NCBI GenBank assembly: GCA_963776345.1
Contig: CAVZMH010000017.1
Location: forward strand, 1 to 64,000
DNA: 64,000 bases
Direction of reading: 5' to 3'
Source of the DNA: an uncultured delta proteobacterium
Lineage (GTDB): Bacteria > Myxococcota > Myxococcia > Myxococcales > Myxococcaceae
Below are positions 60,044-64,000 of this stretch, piece by piece. Numbering within the stretch: position 1 is the first letter of the stretch; each line of letters begins with the position of its first letter. The position numbers were made by a program, and so were the translations under genes. Under the pieces are notes generated by a model. That model made no database searches. It had not been told where the DNA came from and worked only from the letters and a program-made list of their open reading frames with translations.

Positions 60044-60337
60044 TCAGGGAAGCCCCGAGACCAGCTTCCGGTACTCGGCCTCGTTGAACACCCGCATGGT
60101 CTCGGTCCGCACGTTCCCCTGCGCACCGATGGCCAGCGCCATCTTGGCGGCGACCTCGTCGCTCGGCCCTTCGATCACCGCGATCGCGTCGTAGTGACCG
60201 AGGCCGAGGTAGTAGGACTTGATCTCCGCTCCCGCGGACTGGAAGGCCTTCTTCGCGGCCTCCAGGCGGGCGGGCCCCTCCTTGATGTTGCGAATGCCCT
60301 GATCGGTGAAGCGCATCAGCGTCACGTAGGTCGGCAT
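60044..60337 (-). CDS. GYD domain protein
   Basis: MPTYVTLMRFTDQG, LGHYD, GNVRTETMR. Confidence 0.88.
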   Translation of the reverse strand: MPTYVTLMRFTDQGIRNIKEGPARLEAAKKAFQSAGAEIKSYYLGLGHYDAIAVIEGPSDEVAAKMALAIGAQGNVRTETMRVFNEAEYRKLVSGLP

Positions 60338-60508
60338 GACTCGACTCCCTTTCTGCGGCGCCGACGCCGGCACTGAGCCAGCGCCGGTCGGGCTACGGTT
60401 AACCCGTGATGCGAGGGCCGCAAGCCACCCGCCCGAGCGTCGAGCCTGGCCGCCCGTTCGCGCGCGGGTGGATTCCGTTCGCGGTCGATCGGGTTCATCC
60501 TCCGGGTC

Positions 60509-61498
60509 GTGCGTGCCCAGGTCCTCGACCGTGCCGGCGTCCCGCTCGCCCTGCGTGAGGTCCCGGAGCCGCGCCCGGGGCCCGACCAGGTCCGGGTGGC
60601 GGTGAGCGCCTGCGGGGTGTGCCGGACCGACCTGCACGTGCTCGATGGCGAGCTGACGGAGCCGAAGCTTCCGCTGGTGCTCGGGCACCAGATCGTCGGG
60701 ACCGTGGTCGAGCGCGGCGCCGGCGTGAGCACGCTCGCAGTGGGGGACCGGGTGGGCATCCCGTGGCTCGGGTGGACCGACGGCACCTGCGCCTACTGCC
60801 GCTCGGGCCGGGAGAACCTCTGCGAGGCGGCGCGCTTCACCGGCTACACGCTCGACGGAGGATTCGCCGAGCAGACGGTGGCCGATGCCCGGTTCTGCTT
60901 CCTGCTCCCGGCGGGGTTCGACGACGTGCACGCCGCGCCGCTGCTCTGCGCTGGGCTCATCGGCTACCGAGCGCTCCGGCTCGCGGGCGACGCTCCTCGC
61001 ATCGGCTTCTATGGATTCGGCGCCTCGGCGCATCTCCTGGCGCAGGTGGTGGTGGCGCAGGGGCGCGCGCTGTTCGCCTTCACCCGGGACGGCGACGTCC
61101 GCGGCCAGGCCTTCGCCCGCGAGCGGGGCGCGGTGTGGGCCGGTGGCTCGAGCGAGAGACCGCCCATGCCGCTCGACGCGGCCATCGTCTTCGCCTCGGC
61201 GGGCGAGCTGGTGGTGCGCGCACTCGAGGCGCTCGCGCCCGGCGGGACGGTGGTGTGCGCCGGCATCCACATGAGCGACATCCCGTCGTTCTCGTACGAC
61301 CTGCTCTGGGAGGAGCGCAGCATCCGGTCCGTGGCGAACCTCACCCGTGAGGACGGGCGCGAGTTCCTCCCGCTGGCGGCACGGCTCGGAGTCCGGCCCG
61401 AGGTGACGGTGTTCCCACTCGAGCAGGCGAACGAGGCGCTGAAGGCTCTTCGCGAGGGGCGCTTCACCGGCGCCGCGGTGCTCACCGTCGGCGCGTGA
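60509..61498 (+). CDS. Zinc-dependent alcohol dehydrogenase family protein
   Basis: CGVCRTDLH, GHQIVG, CAYC...ENLC, LLCAGLIGYR. Confidence 0.92.
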   Translation: MRAQVLDRAGVPLALREVPEPRPGPDQVRVAVSACGVCRTDLHVLDGELTEPKLPLVLGHQIVGTVVERGAGVSTLAVGDRVGIPWLGWTDGTCAYCRSGRENLCEAARFTGYTLDGGFAEQTVADARFCFLLPAGFDDVHAAPLLCAGLIGYRALRLAGDAPRIGFYGFGASAHLLAQVVVAQGRALFAFTRDGDVRGQAFARERGAVWAGGSSERPPMPLDAAIVFASAGELVVRALEALAPGGTVVCAGIHMSDIPSFSYDLLWEERSIRSVANLTREDGREFLPLAARLGVRPEVTVFPLEQANEALKALREGRFTGAAVLTVGA

Positions 61499-61555
61499 GC
61501 AGATGCGCTCCGGATCCGCGCACGTGCGAGCGCTGGACCGCCTCGAGGAACCCGT

Positions 61556-64000
61556 TCAGCGCGCGAGGACGAACGCGCAGACCGAGTCGAGCTGGAGCCG
61601 CAGGCCGTGGAGCGCCTCGACGAGGGTGCGGTGGTAGGCACGCTCCTCGGTGAGCTGCGCGTCGATGGCCGCCGGCGTCAGGCCCTGGTGCCGGAGCGCC
61701 CGCTCCATCCGTGCGAGCACCCGGTCGCGCTCGTCCTCGAGCTTCTTCCGGGCCTCGGCCTGGAGCATCTCGAGCTGTGCGCTGGCAGCCCGCATCGCCT
61801 CTGCCATCCCCGGGTCGACGAAGGCCGCCAGGTCGGGGAAGGCGGCGCGGATCTGGTCTCCCTGCAGCGAGCGCCCCTCCTCCCGGTCGAGGAGCTCGAG
61901 CAGCCTGGGCTCGAGGCCCGGTGACCCGTCGGGTCGCGCCGTCACCGCCACCCGGAGGAGGCTCCGGTCGAGCACGCGGGAGAGCTGGCGCGAGGGCACC
62001 CGGGCTCCGGGGCTCGTGTCCTCGGGCTCCGGCGGCACGACGTGGAACAGGACCTCGAGCCCCCGCGCGGCCGCGCCGCGGTGCTGGATGGCGCGGCAGC
62101 CGTTGCGTCCGTAGGGCCCGTCGCGCAGAAACCCGAACAGCGCCTCGACGATGGGATGCCCGGTGGCGAAGAAGTCGATCTCCTCCTGCTCCACGGCCGT
62201 GTCGCGCCAGAAGGTGCCGAGCACGGTGCGCTCCTCGCCGAGCTGCAGCCCGGGCAGCGCCTCCACTTTGAGCGCGTGCCCGAAGTGGAACGCGCACTGG
62301 AACGCGTCCACCTGCTCGTCGGTGTCGACCCCGATGCCCACCTTGCGCGCCAGCTCGGTGACCGACTCCTCGAGGCGCTCGTCGAGGTCGCGGGCGATGG
62401 CCCAGAGCCCGTCCTCGAGCGAGCCATCCTCGGCGGCCTCGAGGCCGATCCGGACGCGGGCACGCTCGACCAGGGCCTCCACCGCCGCCCGGTCGAAGCT
62501 GCGCTCGTCGAGCAGCGGGTCGTAGGCCCGGCGGATGGCGCTGCGGGCCTCGGCGACGCGGGCGGCGAGGGTGGTACGGTACTCGGCCCGCTCGGCGGGC
62601 GTGGCCAGGGCGAGATCGAGGATGCGTGGCTCGACCTCCTCCAGCACCGCGTCCAGCCCGCCCACCGTCTCGCCGAAGACGCCCACCGCGTCGGCGAGGA
62701 GGGTGAGCACGTCGGAGGCGAGCGTGCCCCGGACGTCGAAGACGTGGATGTCCACCGGCTGCGTCTGGCCGATGCGGTCGAGCCGGCCGATGCGCTGCTC
62801 CATGGTGGCCGGGCTCCAGGGCAGGTCGTAGTTCACCAGGTGGTGCGCGAACTGGAAGTTGCGACCCTCGCCGCCCACCTCGGTGCAGAGGAGAAGCCGC
62901 GGCCCGTCGGGATCGCGGAAGCGGGCCACCTGCCGGTCGCGCTCCACCAGCGGGAGGTCGCCGTGGTAGCCGAGCGCCTCGACGCCGTCGCCCGAGAGCA
63001 GCGAGCGGAGGCTCTCCAGCGTCGCCAGCGCCTCGGTGAACAGCAGCACCTTCGCCTCGGGCTCGTCCTCCCAGATGTCGGCCAGCAGCGCCCGAAGCGC
63101 CAGGTACTTCGCGTCGCGCGCCGGGAGAGTGGGGGGCGAGGGGAGGACGCCGCTCGCGGCCTGGGCGAAGGCGGCGGGCGAGGAGTCGAGGCGGCGGAGG
63201 AGGCCGGCGAGCGCCGCGCCCCGGACCGAGCCCGAGCGCACGGCACCGAGCACGGCATCGCGGGCGACCAGCTCGCTCTCCGGCGGCTCGACGACGTGCC
63301 GGTGGAGGCGCCGGGCGCTGAACCCGCCCACCCGCGCGCGGCGGTTGCGGATCAGCGCCTCCGAGAGGCTGTAGGTCTCGGCGAGGTGGGCCAGCAGCGC
63401 CTCGCGACCACGGAGCGTGGCCAAGGCGGCGTCGTCGGGGAAGCGGGCCCGGAGGGCGGTGACGGCCGTCGCGGCCTCGGCGTCGCTGCCCTCCAGCAGG
63501 GCGCGGACAGTGCGCGAGAGCGCCTCCTGCCGGTCGATGCGGGCCCGGAAGGCGTCGGCGTCGGGCGCGGTCACCGGGTCGAGCAGGGTGAGCAGCGCGC
63601 GGTACTCGTCCGGGTCGAGCTGCATCGGCGTGGCGGTGAGCAGCAGAAGTCCCCAGGTACGCGAGGCGAGCGCCTGGATGGCGGCGAACGCCTTCTCGCC
63701 CCGGAGGTGGTGCGCCTCGTCCACGATGACCAGGTCCCAGCCCGCGGCGGCCGCCTCCTGGACCTCCTCGGGTGAGCGCGAGAGGAGCTCGAGGCTGGTG
63801 ACCACCCGCGGGAACCGCTCCCAGGGCGAGGTGTCCGGCTCCTCGCGGCGACTCCGGGCCAGGCGGTCGCCGTCGACCAGGGTGAAGAGCTGCTGGAACT
63901 TGTGGAACAGCTCGGCGAGCCACTGGACGGTGAGGTGGCTGGGGGCGACCACCAGGACCCGGGCCGCGAGCCCGGAGAGGCGCAGCGCGGAGAAGATCAT
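61556..64000 (-). CDS. SNF2-family helicase, RapA/HepA-like (5' end outside window)
   Basis: DEAHH, TATP, GGEGRNFQF, QRIGRLDRIGQ. Confidence 0.88.
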   Translation of the reverse strand: MIFSALRLSGLAARVLVVAPSHLTVQWLAELFHKFQQLFTLVDGDRLARSRREEPDTSPWERFPRVVTSLELLSRSPEEVQEAAAAGWDLVIVDEAHHLRGEKAFAAIQALASRTWGLLLLTATPMQLDPDEYRALLTLLDPVTAPDADAFRARIDRQEALSRTVRALLEGSDAEAATAVTALRARFPDDAALATLRGREALLAHLAETYSLSEALIRNRRARVGGFSARRLHRHVVEPPESELVARDAVLGAVRSGSVRGAALAGLLRRLDSSPAAFAQAASGVLPSPPTLPARDAKYLALRALLADIWEDEPEAKVLLFTEALATLESLRSLLSGDGVEALGYHGDLPLVERDRQVARFRDPDGPRLLLCTEVGGEGRNFQFAHHLVNYDLPWSPATMEQRIGRLDRIGQTQPVDIHVFDVRGTLASDVLTLLADAVGVFGETVGGLDAVLEEVEPRILDLALATPAERAEYRTTLAARVAEARSAIRRAYDPLLDERSFDRAAVEALVERARVRIGLEAAEDGSLEDGLWAIARDLDERLEESVTELARKVGIGVDTDEQVDAFQCAFHFGHALKVEALPGLQLGEERTVLGTFWRDTAVEQEEIDFFATGHPIVEALFGFLRDGPYGRNGCRAIQHRGAAARGLEVLFHVVPPEPEDTSPGARVPSRQLSRVLDRSLLRVAVTARPDGSPGLEPRLLELLDREEGRSLQGDQIRAAFPDLAAFVDPGMAEAMRAASAQLEMLQAEARKKLEDERDRVLARMERALRHQGLTPAAIDAQLTEERAYHRTLVEALHGLRLQLDSVCAFVLAR

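Overview
High-GC bacterial chromosomal window, most consistent with a myxobacterium (MtsC-like MYXO-CTERM protein, CorE-type sigma factor, cycloartenol-type oxidosqualene cyclase). The left 14 kb is a tandem array of two genomic islands integrated at the 3' end of tRNA-Phe(GAA) (13983-14055, minus strand). Three copies of a 47-bp att core are present. Each island has a 5'-truncated tyrosine integrase whose reading frame runs through the att core, so integration splits the gene (Mx8-like). Left of the array is a CorE-like metal-sensing ECF sigma factor and an unannotated 46-aa, 12-Cys metallothionein-like ORF behind a repeated ECF-type promoter. The middle is a mosaic of housekeeping and accessory genes (gyrA, hypAB, LpoA-like, steroid 5-alpha-reductase-like, M1 peptidase, mtsC, amrS/amrB, dnaJ, vapBC) with several gene-fragment scars and three single-base frameshifts. 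At 47.6-55.4 kb is a compact sterol cluster: MMPL transporter, GT21/HpnI-like glycosyltransferase, squalene epoxidase, squalene synthase and cycloartenol-type cyclase. It is a candidate pathway for de novo bacterial steryl glycosides. All family calls come from motif recognition by eye; no searches were run.
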